Shown here in pieces: positions 20,802 through 30,930 of a stretch of 64,000 bases of DNA. Positions within the stretch are counted from its first letter, which is position 1. Every line of letters starts with the position of its first letter. Source of the stretch: an uncultured delta proteobacterium (GTDB lineage Bacteria; Myxococcota; Myxococcia; Myxococcales; Anaeromyxobacteraceae); contig CAVYBH010000013.1 in NCBI GenBank assembly GCA_963766715.1, positions 160,001 through 224,000 on the forward strand. Direction: 5' to 3'. Position numbers and translations under genes: made by a program. The notes below the pieces were generated by a model. It worked only from the letters and a program-made list of their open reading frames with translations, was not told the DNA's origin and ran no database searches.

Positions 20802-21820
20802 CTAGGCGCCCTTCTTTCCGCGGCGCGGCTTGCGCCCGCCCCAGGCCCGGGTGGGAGAGGAAGGACGCTCGTCCTCGGTGCGAACCTGCCAGGCCGGCGT
20901 GGTCGGCTTGGTGCCGGCCGAGAGCCGGGCCAGGAGGGCGCGCAGCTCGAGGGGGAACGCGCCGCCGCCCCGGACCTCGCGGAGCCAGCTGTCGAGCGGC
21001 AGGTCCCAGGGGATGAGCGCGAACCGGTCGTCGACCACCGGCGAGGGGCCGGACGAGGGCAGCGCGACCTCGTTCGACGGCTCGCCGATCACGCGCTCCC
21101 GCCCGTCCCGCGAGACGGCGTGGATCTCGCCCCGGTAGCTCCGCCCCGGCTCGAGGTCGTGCACGTAGAAGCCCCTCGACTCGAGGGCGAACTCGGCGGT
21201 GCGGACGAGCTCCCACTCGCCGTCCGGGCGGAGCCCGAAGACGCGGAGCTCGGCCCGCGGGCGGTCCAGCCATTCGAAGGCCCGGGCCACCGTCCCGGAG
21301 GAGTGGTCCCAGTAGAAGAAGAGGGTGCGCGGGTCCCGGGGCAGCCCGACGAAGATGTCCTCGCCGTAGCTCCAGGGCAGCTCGCCCAGCCCCTCGTCGT
21401 CGGGGGGCACCGGCACGTCGGCGAGCGCGCGGAGGCTCATCGGGTCCTCCCGCTCCGCCCCCTCGGTCATGGGGTGCGGCGCCAGGCGCGCCGCCTCCTC
21501 GCCGCGGATGCGGGCCACGAAGTAGCCGTCGGGGTCGAGCCCCTCGGCGCGCGGCGGCCGCGCCGGCAGCTTCCGGCGGGGCGCCTTCGCCCCGGCCGGC
21601 GTCGACTTCCTCGCGGGGGCCTTCTTCGCGCCCTCCCGCTCCCGGCGGCGGTCTTCTTCGCGGGCGCCTTCCGGGCCGGAGCCTTGGCCGGGGCCTTCGC
21701 AGGGGACTTCGGCGCGGCCTTGGCAGCGCTGCGGGCAGGCGCTTTCGCGGCGCCCTTCCCCGGCGACGCCTTCGTCGTGCCCTTCGCTGCGCCCGGCTTC
21801 CTCGGCTTTTTTGCGTCCAT
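20802..21820 (-). CDS. DUF4912 protein with Lys/Ala/Pro-rich N-terminus (frameshift near 21635)
   Basis: ELPWSYGED..LPRDPRTLFFYWD core; N-terminal MDAKKPRKPGAAK... in the adjacent frame; abuts the GH57 gene. Confidence 0.8.
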
Positions 21821-21983
21821 GGTGACCGTAGAAGACGGCGACCCCGCCGGCGCGTCAAGCGCCACGGTGCCGGATCCGGGGCGGAATCGGCCCCCCGGCG
21901 CCCCGGGGCGGTATCGCCGTCCCTCCCACAAGGGGTGTCCGGGGACCACCGGCCTGCTAACGTGACGTCTCGACAAGGCCCCC

Positions 21984-23894
21984 TTGACCCCGAACGAGCC
22001 CCGGACCCTGGAACCGACCCCCCTCTGCCCGAGCTGCGGCCACCCGCACCGCCCCGGGGAGCCGTGCACGTCCGCGCGCCTGGCCGGCGCGGGCACGGGC
22101 ACGCTGGCGCTCGACCCGGCGCCCGGCGGACGGGGCGAGCCTCCCCGCCTGGTCGATCCCCTCGTCGGCGCCACGGTCGGCAGCTTCCGCGTGATCCGCC
22201 CCCTCGGGCGGGGCGGCATGGGAACGGTCTACCTGGCCGAGCACCCGGTCATCGGCAGCCGGGTGGCGATCAAGTTCCTCCACGAGTCGATGGCGACGAG
22301 CCCGGAGCTGGTGGCCCGGTTCTACGACGAGGCCCGCGCCGTGAACCGGATCGGGCACGAGAACATCGTGGGGATCTTCGATCTCTCGATGCTGCCGCCG
22401 AACCGGTACTACATCGTGATGGAGTACCTCGACGGGGAGGCCCTCTCCTCGCTCATCCGGCGGGGGGCGGTGACCCCGGACGAGGCGCTCGCGGTGCTCG
22501 GGCAGCTCTGCGACGCCCTGCACTGCGCGCACGAGCGCGGCGTCGTGCACCGCGACCTCAAGCCGGACAACGTCTTCGTCCTCCGGCGTCGGGGCGCACC
22601 GTTCGTGAAGCTCCTCGACTTCGGGATCGCCAAGCTCCGCGACGCGCCGGCCGGCAGCCAGACCGCGGCCGGGATGATCGTGGGGACGCCGGAGTACATG
22701 GCGCCGGAGCAGTGCGACAACCGCGCCGTGGACGCGCGCACCGACGTCTATTCACTAGGAGTGATGGCCTACCAGCTGCTCGCCGGGGCCCTCCCCTTCT
22801 CGGGGAGCATCGCCCAGCTGCTCGTGGCCCACCTCCAGGAGACGCCGCGTCCGCCCCGGAGCCTGAACGCCCTGCTCCCTCCGGCCCTCGACGACGCCAT
22901 CCTGAAGGCGCTCCGCAAGCGGCCCGAGGAGCGGTTCGCGTCCATGGCCGAGTTCGGCGAGACGCTCGCCCGGGTGCGCGCGGCGATGGCCGCCGTTCCC
23001 GGACCGGAGGAACCCGCCCCGGCCCCGGCGGCGGCTCCGACCGTCCGCGTGCACCTCGCCGGGGAGAGCGCCCCCCGGGACCTCCCGGCCAGCCAGTTCA
23101 CCCGGGCCGGCGTGTACCTGGCGGCGGATCCGCCCCTTCCGGCGCCGCGATCCCGCGCCTCCGTGGCGGTCCCCGGCCCGGACGGCGACGCGACGATGGT
23201 CCCGGCCGAGGTGGTCCGGGTGGTCGAGCCGGCCGACGCCCGGGCCTGGGGCATGCCGCCGGGGTTCGCCCTGCAGTTCCACGCCTCGACCCCGGCCGAG
23301 CGGGCGGCCGTGGAGCGGATGTCCGGCGCGACGCCCGCCACGCCGCGCTCCGAGCCCACCGACGAGGCGGTGGCGTCCCTCGTCGCCGACCTGGACGCAC
23401 GGACTGCGGGCACGCACTACGAGCTCCTGGGGCTGCCGCCCGACGCCGAGCTGAAGGACGTCCAGAGCCGGGCCCGCTCGCTCCGGGTCCAGCTGGAGCG
23501 GCTCCGGGACCGGAAGCTCTCCCCGCGGCACGCCAGCCTGATCGCGCCGCTCCTCGCCCGGGTCGCCTTCGCGGCGGACGTGGTGGGCGTGGCCTCCGAG
23601 CGCCTCGCCTACGACGCCCGCTGCGGCAATCACCTCGGCGTGGCCCGGTGCATCGCCGCCGGCCTGCCCGAGGCGCTGCTCGCCCAGCGCCGGCAGGAGT
23701 TCCTCCGCGAGCACCCGGGCGCCGCCGAGCGCGCGCGCCAGTGCTCGAGCCGGGCCAAGGTGGCCCGGGCCGTCGGGAACCGCGAGTTCGCGCGCGCCCA
23801 GTACGAGGAGGCGCTCGCCGCCGACCCGCTCGACGTCGACGTCCACCGGGAGTACTGGGCGCTCCGCCGGGAGGCGGACGGGCCGCCGCGTTGA
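21984..23894 (+). CDS. Hanks-type Ser/Thr protein kinase with PilZ-like, J-like and TPR-like C-terminal regions
   Basis: LGRGGMGTVY, VAIK, HRDLKPDN, DFG, GTPEYMAPE; THYELLGL. Confidence 0.9.
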   Translation: MTPNEPRTLEPTPLCPSCGHPHRPGEPCTSARLAGAGTGTLALDPAPGGRGEPPRLVDPLVGATVGSFRVIRPLGRGGMGTVYLAEHPVIGSRVAIKFLHESMATSPELVARFYDEARAVNRIGHENIVGIFDLSMLPPNRYYIVMEYLDGEALSSLIRRGAVTPDEALAVLGQLCDALHCAHERGVVHRDLKPDNVFVLRRRGAPFVKLLDFGIAKLRDAPAGSQTAAGMIVGTPEYMAPEQCDNRAVDARTDVYSLGVMAYQLLAGALPFSGSIAQLLVAHLQETPRPPRSLNALLPPALDDAILKALRKRPEERFASMAEFGETLARVRAAMAAVPGPEEPAPAPAAAPTVRVHLAGESAPRDLPASQFTRAGVYLAADPPLPAPRSRASVAVPGPDGDATMVPAEVVRVVEPADARAWGMPPGFALQFHASTPAERAAVERMSGATPATPRSEPTDEAVASLVADLDARTAGTHYELLGLPPDAELKDVQSRARSLRVQLERLRDRKLSPRHASLIAPLLARVAFAADVVGVASERLAYDARCGNHLGVARCIAAGLPEALLAQRRQEFLREHPGAAERARQCSSRAKVARAVGNREFARAQYEEALAADPLDVDVHREYWALRREADGPPR

Positions 23895-23948
23895 CCCTCC
23901 CCGGGACGGCCGGCCTCCGGGGCCGGCTCCCGGCATAGAATGGCGGAC

Positions 23949-24711
23949 ATGACGACCCTTCCCCTCACGGTCCTCGTCACCGGCGCGACGGCGGGCTTCG
24001 GCGAGGCCACCGCCGAGCGCTTCGCCCGGGACGGCGCCCGCCTCGTCGCTGGCCGGGCGCCGCGCCGACCGGCTCGAGGCGCTCGCGGCCCGGCTCTCCC
24101 CGTTCGTCCCGGTCCACGCCCTTCCGCTCGACGTGCGCGACCGCGCCGCCGTGGAGCGGGCCCTCTCCTCCCTGCCGCCGGACTTCGCCCAGGTGGACGT
24201 GCTCGTGAACAACGCCGGGCTCGCCCTCGGGCTCGAGCCGGCGCAGCGGGCCAGCCTGGACGAGTGGGACCAGATGATCGACACCAACGCGCGGGGGCTC
24301 GTCGCGGTCACGCGCCAGGTCATCCCGGGGATGGTGGAGCGCGGGCGCGGCCACGTCGTGAACCTGGGCTCGGTGGCCGGGACCTACCCCTACCCCGGCG
24401 GCAACGTCTACGGCGCCACCAAGGCCTTCGTGCACCAGTTCTCGCTCAACCTGCGCGCCGACCTGGTGGGCACCGGGGTGCGCGTCACCTGCGTGGAGCC
24501 CGGCATGGCCGACACCGAGTTCTCGCTCGTCCGCCTCAAGGACGCGGAGAAGGCCCGCGCGGTCTACCAGGGGCTCGAGCCGCTCTCGGCGGCCGACGTC
24601 GCGGACGCCATCCACTGGGTGGTCACCCGTCCGCCTCACGTCAACGTGAACGTCCTCGAGCTCATGCCCGAGGCGCAGGCGTTCTCTCCCTTCACGGTGA
24701 AGCGGCGCTAG
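23949..24711 (+). CDS. YdfG-like NADP-dependent short-chain dehydrogenase (frameshift near 24055)
   Basis: VTGATAGFG, NNAGLALGLEPA, YPGGNVYGATKAF. Confidence 0.9.
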
Positions 24712-24726
24712 CCGCGGACCTGGCCC

Positions 24727-27700
24727 TTGCCCTCCGACGCGCTCGTCCCGGGTCTCGGCGTCGCCCCCGCGCCCTTCCGCGCCGCGGATGCGGAGGAGCG
24801 CCTCGGCCGCCTGCGCAAGCGCCTCGGGCCGAGGCTCGAGGCGCTGGAGGCGCTCTGCCACCTGGCCCCCGACCCCGACCTGGCGCTGGCCGGCGTGGAG
24901 CGCTTCCTCGACGCGGAGGCGCTGCCCGCGGGGCGCGACCTCCTGGAGGCGCTCGTCCTCCTCACCGGCTCCTCGCGCCTGGCCGCGTCCGCGCTGGCGC
25001 GCGATCCCCGCATGCTCCGGCGGGCCGCCCGGTCGCCCTTCGCGCACCGCGCGCGTCCCGAGGACTCGATGCGCGGGGTCCTGGCGCGGGCCGTCCGCCG
25101 GCTCGACCCGGAGGACGTCGCCGGGCTTCACCGGGTGCTCCGGCGCTTCGCCTCCCGCGAGGTGCTCCGCATCGCGCTGCGCGACCTCCGGCGGGCCCGC
25201 GTGGACGAGATCACCGGGCGATCTCTCGTCCCTGGCCAGCGCCGCGCTCCACGCCGCGATCGGCTTCCACGACCGGCGCCTCCGCGCCCGCCACGGCGCG
25301 CCCGAGCGGGCTCGCCGACCGCGAGCCGGGCGCCGGCTTCTGCGCCATCGCCATGGGGAAGCTGGGCGCAGGCGAGCTCAACTTCTCCTCCGACATCGAC
25401 CTCATCTACGTCTACCAGTCGGACGGGAACACCACCGGCGAGCACCCGCTCACCCACTTCGCCTACTACGCGCGGCTCGCCGAGCTGGTCACCGAGAGCC
25501 TGGCCAAGGTCACCGAGGACGGGTTCGTCTTCCGGGTCGACCTGAACCTGCGCCCCGACGGCCGCAGCGGCCCCATCGTGAACGGCATCCGCGCCGCCGA
25601 GCTCTACTACCAGGCCTTCGGGAGGTCCTGGGAACGCAACGCGCTCGTCAAGGCGCGTCCCGCCGCGGGCGACCTGGCGGTCGGAGGGGAGCTCCTCGCG
25701 CTGCTCGAGCCGTTCATCTGGCGCCGCTCCCTCGACCTGGGGATCATCGAGGAGATCCAGGCCATGAAGGCCCGCATCGACGCGCGCGCCGGCGCCGAGG
25801 GCAAGGACGATCTCAAGCTGGGAAAGGGCGGCATCCGCGAGGCCGAGTTCTTCGTCTCGGCCCTGCAGCTCCTCCACGGCGGGAAGCTGCGCGACCCCGG
25901 GATCCGGGAGCGAGCCGTCCTCCGCGCCCTCGACCGGCTCCTCTTCGCCGGCATCGTCCCCGCCCGCGACCGCGACGCCATCTCCGACGCCTACCTCTTC
26001 CTGCGACGGGCCGAGCACCGGGTCCAGATGGTCGACGGCCGCCAGACCCACCGGCTGCCGCCGCCCGAGGAGCGGCTCGGCCTGGCCCGGTCGATGGGCT
26101 ACGCCGACGTGGAGAAGTTCGAGGCCGCGCTGGCCGGCTACCGGGAGCGGGTGTCGACGCTCTTCGCCGGGCTCCTCGGGACCGGGGGCGGCACGGCCCC
26201 GCTCGACCCCGAGCTGGCGCTGCTCGCCGACCAGCAGGTGGAGCCGGAGCGGCGCAAGGAGATCGCGCTCCGCCGGGGCTTCGGGAACCCCGACCAGGCC
26301 ATCGCCGCCATCGACGCGCTGGCCCGCCGCTCCACCCCCTTCTCGCGCATGGGAGATCCCGCCGCCGCGGTGGCGTTGCTCACCGAGGTGGCCGCCACGC
26401 CCGACCCGGACCAGGCCATCGCGCACCTCTCCGAGTTCGCGGCGGCCCTCCAGTCGGCCGAGACCTACTTCCGGATCCTGCGCGACTCCCCGCGGGTGGC
26501 CCGCCAGCTGGTCTCGCTCTTCGGGACCTCCGACTTCCTCTCCAAGCGCTTCCTGCGCCACCCGGAGCTGGTGGACCAGCTCATCCGGGACGACCAGGTG
26601 GTCCTGGAGAAGGCGCTCCCCGGCTTCCGCGAGGAGATCGCGTCGCGCCTGGCCACCGTCCCGCCGGACACCCAGATCGACGAGGCGCTGGAGCGGAAGC
26701 TGGCCGAGCTGCGGCGCTACAAGAACGAGGAGGTGCTCCGGATCGCCATGCACGACATCGCGGGGAGCATCCGCCTGTCCAGCGTGGCCGAGCAGCTCTC
26801 CGACCTGGCCGAGGCGCTCCTCGGAGCGGCCCTCGAGCTGGCCGAGGAGGAGGCGCGGGCCAAGGGGCGGATGCCGCCGGGGCGGCTCACCGTGATGGCC
26901 CTCGGCAAGCTGGGCGGGCGGGAGCTGGGCTACCACTCCGACCTCGACCTCATCTTCCTGTATCCGGCGACCGGGCCGGGGGAGACCGGTTCCCCGGGGC
27001 AATCCACCGCGCACACCCTCTACGCGCGCCTCGCCGAGCGCTTCCTGTCGTTCCTCCAGATGCCGCTCCGGGAGGGGTTCCTCTACAAGATCGACACCCG
27101 GCTGCGCCCCAGCGGCAACCAGGGGGCGCTCGTCACGAGCGACCAGGGCTTCGCCCGCTACCACCTCGCCAGCCCCGAAGGCCCCCAGGTCCGCAGCCAG
27201 CTCTGGGAGCGCCAGGCCCTGCTCCGCGCCCGGTTCGCCGCCGGGGACGCCGCCTTCTTCGATCGGGTCCGCCGCGAGGTGCTCGAGCCCGTGCTCTTCG
27301 GGACCGCCGTCGATCGCGCCGCGCTGGCCGCCGAGGTGGTCCGCATGCGGGAACGGATGGAGAGCGAGATCGGCAAGGAGGCCGCCAAGGGAAAGAACCC
27401 CAAGGTGGGACGAGGCGGCATCGTCGACATCGAGTTCGCCGTCCAGTACCTCCAGCTGGCCCACGGGCACGACTTCCCCTCGATCCGCACTCCCGGGACG
27501 CCCGAGGCGCTCCGGCTGCTGCGCGGGGCCGGGCTCCTCCGGGAGGGGACCTACGACGCGCTGGCCCAGGGCTACGAGTTCCACCGCCGCCTCGCCACGC
27601 GGATGCGCATCGTCCACGACTACGGCATCGACTACCTGCCGGCCGGGGGCCGCGCCCTCGCCCAGCTGGCGCGCCGGCTCGGCTACCACGGCGAGGACCC

Positions 27701-27779
27701 GGGCGCCCGGCTGCTGGCCGACTACGGCCGGATCACCGACGCCGTGCGCGCCGCCTTCCTGGACGCCGTCTCGGCGTGA
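24727..27779 (+). CDS. glnE: Glutamine synthetase adenylyltransferase/deadenylase (frameshifts about 25220-25310)
   Basis: Two nucleotidyltransferase repeats: MGKLGAGELNFSSDIDL / LGKLGGRELGYHSDLDL, LRPDG / LRPSG, WERNAL / WERQAL. Confidence 0.93.
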
Positions 27780-27856
27780 GGAAGCCGGGGGATCGGCAGC
27801 CCTTCCCTTCGACGCGCGGCACCGTTATGCATGGGGACCCCGGGAGGCGCGCGACC

Positions 27857-29095
27857 ATGAAGATCCGATACGACCTGAAACCCCGCTCCCAGCGGCGGAC
27901 GTCCCCCTTCCGGCCGGAGGGAACCCTCTCCTTCGGCCAGCTGCGCACCGACCACATGTTCCTCATGGACTACGAGGACGGGCAGTGGATCGACCCGCGC
28001 ATCGTCCCCTACGGGCCCCTCTCGCTGGCCCCGGGCGCCGTGGTCCTCCACTACGCCCAGGAGATCTTCGAGGGCGCCAAGGCCTTCCTGCACGAGGACG
28101 GCGAGATCCACGCCTTCCGCATCGACAAGAACGCGGCGCGGCTGAACCGCTCCGGGGCGGGCGTCCTCATCCCGCCCATCCCGGAGGACGACCAGGTCCA
28201 GGCCATCCTCGCGCTCCTCGACGTCGAGCGGCTGTGGGCGCCGCACCAGGAGGGGGCCTCCCTCTACATCCGCCCGTTCGTCTTCGGGACCCAGGACGCA
28301 CTAGGAGTGAAGCCCAGCTCGCGCTACACCTTCTGCGTCTTCCTCTCCCCGAGCGGCCCCTACTACCCGGCCGGCTTCCGGGAGCCGGTGAAGCTGCTGG
28401 TGACCCGCCGCTTCCACCGGGCGGCGCCGGGCGGGACGGGCGCGTTCAAGACCGGCGGGAACTACGCGGCGTCGCTCATGGCGGGCCACGTGGCCCACGA
28501 GCACGGTGCGAGCCAGGTCCTCTTCCTCGACGTGACCGACACGTACATCGAGGAAGCCGGCGCGATGAACCACTACCACGTCACCCGCGACGGGTCGGTC
28601 GTCATCCCCACATTCACCGAGACCATCCTCCGCTCCATCACGTCCGAGTCGGTCCTCGAGCTCGGCAAGCGCGAGCTCGGGGTGGAGGCCGGCCAGGCGC
28701 GAATCCCCGTCGAGGCGTTCCTCGACGACGTGCGGTCCGGCGCCATCACCGAGGCGGGCGGGTTCGGGACGGCGGCGGTCGTCTCGGCCGTCGGCACCTA
28801 CGTCTTCGACGACGGGACCCAGCTTCGCGTCGGCGACGGGCACATCGGTCCCCACACGCGCCGCATCTACGAGGTCCTGACCGGCATCCAGCGCGGCAAG
28901 CGCGCGCCGCCCAAGGGGTGGCTCTTCCAGGCCCCGCACCTCGAGGCGACCCGCCCGCCCAAGGCGCGCAAGTCTGCCCCGGCTCGTCGTCCGAAGAGCC
29001 GTCCGGAGAGCCCCACTCGCCCGACCCGGGGAGCGGCCAAGCGCAAGCCGGCCCCGGCCGCGGCGGCTCGCGGAGCGTCCCGCCGGCGCCGCTGA
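27857..29095 (+). CDS. ilvE: Branched-chain amino acid aminotransferase with basic C-terminal tail
   Basis: TDHMF, LHYAQEIFEGAKA, SLYIRPF, KTGGNYAAS, EEAGAMN, GTAAV. Confidence 0.92.
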   Translation: MKIRYDLKPRSQRRTSPFRPEGTLSFGQLRTDHMFLMDYEDGQWIDPRIVPYGPLSLAPGAVVLHYAQEIFEGAKAFLHEDGEIHAFRIDKNAARLNRSGAGVLIPPIPEDDQVQAILALLDVERLWAPHQEGASLYIRPFVFGTQDALGVKPSSRYTFCVFLSPSGPYYPAGFREPVKLLVTRRFHRAAPGGTGAFKTGGNYAASLMAGHVAHEHGASQVLFLDVTDTYIEEAGAMNHYHVTRDGSVVIPTFTETILRSITSESVLELGKRELGVEAGQARIPVEAFLDDVRSGAITEAGGFGTAAVVSAVGTYVFDDGTQLRVGDGHIGPHTRRIYEVLTGIQRGKRAPPKGWLFQAPHLEATRPPKARKSAPARRPKSRPESPTRPTRGAAKRKPAPAAAARGASRRRR

Positions 29096-29250
29096 CCCGC
29101 GCACCGACTTTCCCTCCGTCGTTCCCCCGCCGGGAATAGCCCGCGCTGCGGTGCGTTCGCCCTTGCGACGGGGGAATCAGCGGTTAAATCCCCATGACCC
29201 CAAACGGGTAAAACTTTCCTATTTCTGAATACTTGAGCGGAGCAACCGAG

Positions 29251-30021
29251 ATGCGAACCCGTTACCTCGACCTCGACGACCGAACCCAGGACCTGAACGA
29301 GCGAATGGAGGAAGAGCCGGAAATCGCTGCTGATTTCCTGCAGAAGTACGAGCTTTCCTGGGTCTACCACGAGAACGCCCTCGAAGGGGTCATCTACACG
29401 GTCCAGGAACTGGTGGCCGGCCTCGCCGCTCCGCAGCCCGTGGCCGACGCGATGGTGATCGGGGTCCTCCAGGAGGTCCGCAACCACAAGGCCGCCATCG
29501 ACCTGGTGCGCGCGGAGGCCGCGAAGAAGCAGCCGAAGGTGAACCTGACCCTCGTGAAGAAGCTCCACGAGACCCTTCACGCCAACATCCAGAGCAAGGG
29601 CCTGTCCGAGTTCCGCAAGGACATGCCCCTTCACCGCGCCTACTTCCACGAGATCGCCCAGCCGCCCCGGATCGCGGCCATGCTGACGAAGGTCCTCGAC
29701 GGCACCGATTCGTCCGAGTTCAAGAAGTCGCACCCGGTCGTCCAGGCGGCCCGCGTCCAGCACGGCTTCATGCAGGCCTATCCGTACACCGACGGCTCGG
29801 GCAAGGTGGCGCGGCTCCTGGCGAATCTCTACCTGATCCGCGGTGGCTTCCTTCCCTGCGTGATCCACTCCATCGACCGGCAGCGCTACTACGACTCCTT
29901 CAAGATGCCCGAGGCGGTCCTCCGCGACCTGATGCTCGAGGCCATGGACAACGCGCTCGGGCACGCCGAGAAGCACTTCGCCGAGGCGCCGCCCTCCCGC
30001 GCCCGCCGGTCGGCCCGATAG
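29251..30021 (+). CDS. Fic-domain protein with non-canonical catalytic motif
   Basis: WVYHENALEG (inhibitory helix-like), EVRNH, KKLH, HPVVQAA, YPYTDGSGKVARLL. Confidence 0.82.
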   Translation: MRTRYLDLDDRTQDLNERMEEEPEIAADFLQKYELSWVYHENALEGVIYTVQELVAGLAAPQPVADAMVIGVLQEVRNHKAAIDLVRAEAAKKQPKVNLTLVKKLHETLHANIQSKGLSEFRKDMPLHRAYFHEIAQPPRIAAMLTKVLDGTDSSEFKKSHPVVQAARVQHGFMQAYPYTDGSGKVARLLANLYLIRGGFLPCVIHSIDRQRYYDSFKMPEAVLRDLMLEAMDNALGHAEKHFAEAPPSRARRSAR

Positions 30022-30105
30022 GGTCACCCCCGGCCGCGGTACGGCCCGCAAACCGGCCTTCTGCCCGTGGCGGTACCGGGGGGCTTGGTGTATGAGGTGC
30101 CCCGC

Positions 30106-30930
30106 ATGATCCTGGGCGCCCACGAGGGCATCGCTGGTGGGGTGTCCCGCGCTTTCGAGCGCGCCGAGCAGGACACCGCCGAGGCCGTGCAAATCTTCGT
30201 CCGCAACCCGAGGGGCTGGGCGTCGAAGCCCGTCGAGGACGACGAGGTCGACCGGTTCCGCTCGGAGGCCAAGCGGACCGGCATGCCGTCGGCCGCCCAC
30301 TCCATCTACCTCGCCAACCACGCCTCCCCCGATCGGGAGCTCCGCGAGAAGTCGTGGGGCGCCCTCGGGGACGAGCTGGCGCGCTGCGAGCAGCTCGGGA
30401 TCGCGCTCCTCATCTTCCATCCGGGGAGCAACCCGGACGAGAAGCAGGGGCTCGCGTTCGCCGCCGAGGGCATGGAGCGGGCGCTCGACTCGGTGAAGGG
30501 TCGGGTCCGCCTCTGCGTGGAGATCACCGCCGGACAGGGGAAGTCCCTCGGCTGGCGCTTCGAGCAGGTCGCGGCCATCCGCGACGCGGTGCCGGGCGCG
30601 GCCCGCCGCCGGGTCGGGGTCTGCTTCGACACCTGCCACGCCTACGCGGCCGGCTACGACCTGGCCACCGCCGAGGGCTACGACGCGACCTTCGCGGAGT
30701 TCGACCGGGTGATCGGCCTCGACCACCTCTCGGCGTTCCACCTGAACGACTGCAAGAAGCCCCTGGGGTGCCGCGTCGACCGCCACGAGCACATCGGACA
30801 GGGCACGCTGGGCCGGGAGCCCTTCCGCCGCCTGGTGAACGACCGGCGCTTCGCGAAGCTGCCGGCCTTCCTGGAGACCGAGATGAACTTCCGGGAGAAC
30901 CTCCAGGTCCTCCGGTCCCTCCTGCGATGA
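30106..30930 (+). CDS. nfo: Endonuclease IV
   Basis: LGAHEGIAGG, QIF, FHPG, CFDTCH, HLND, DRHEHIG, LET. Confidence 0.94.
   Translation: MILGAHEGIAGGVSRAFERAEQDTAEAVQIFVRNPRGWASKPVEDDEVDRFRSEAKRTGMPSAAHSIYLANHASPDRELREKSWGALGDELARCEQLGIALLIFHPGSNPDEKQGLAFAAEGMERALDSVKGRVRLCVEITAGQGKSLGWRFEQVAAIRDAVPGAARRRVGVCFDTCHAYAAGYDLATAEGYDATFAEFDRVIGLDHLSAFHLNDCKKPLGCRVDRHEHIGQGTLGREPFRRLVNDRRFAKLPAFLETEMNFRENLQVLRSLLR

Noticed and set aside
21600..21820. Short repeated GC-rich units
   Set aside because: They encode the AKAP/AKK low-complexity tail; not a CRISPR array or DNA repeat element
23940..29095. Apparent SDR-GlnE (1279 aa) and giant IlvE (1435 aa) fusions
   Set aside because: Produced by indels and stop-poor GC-rich frames; each gene has its own start and stop
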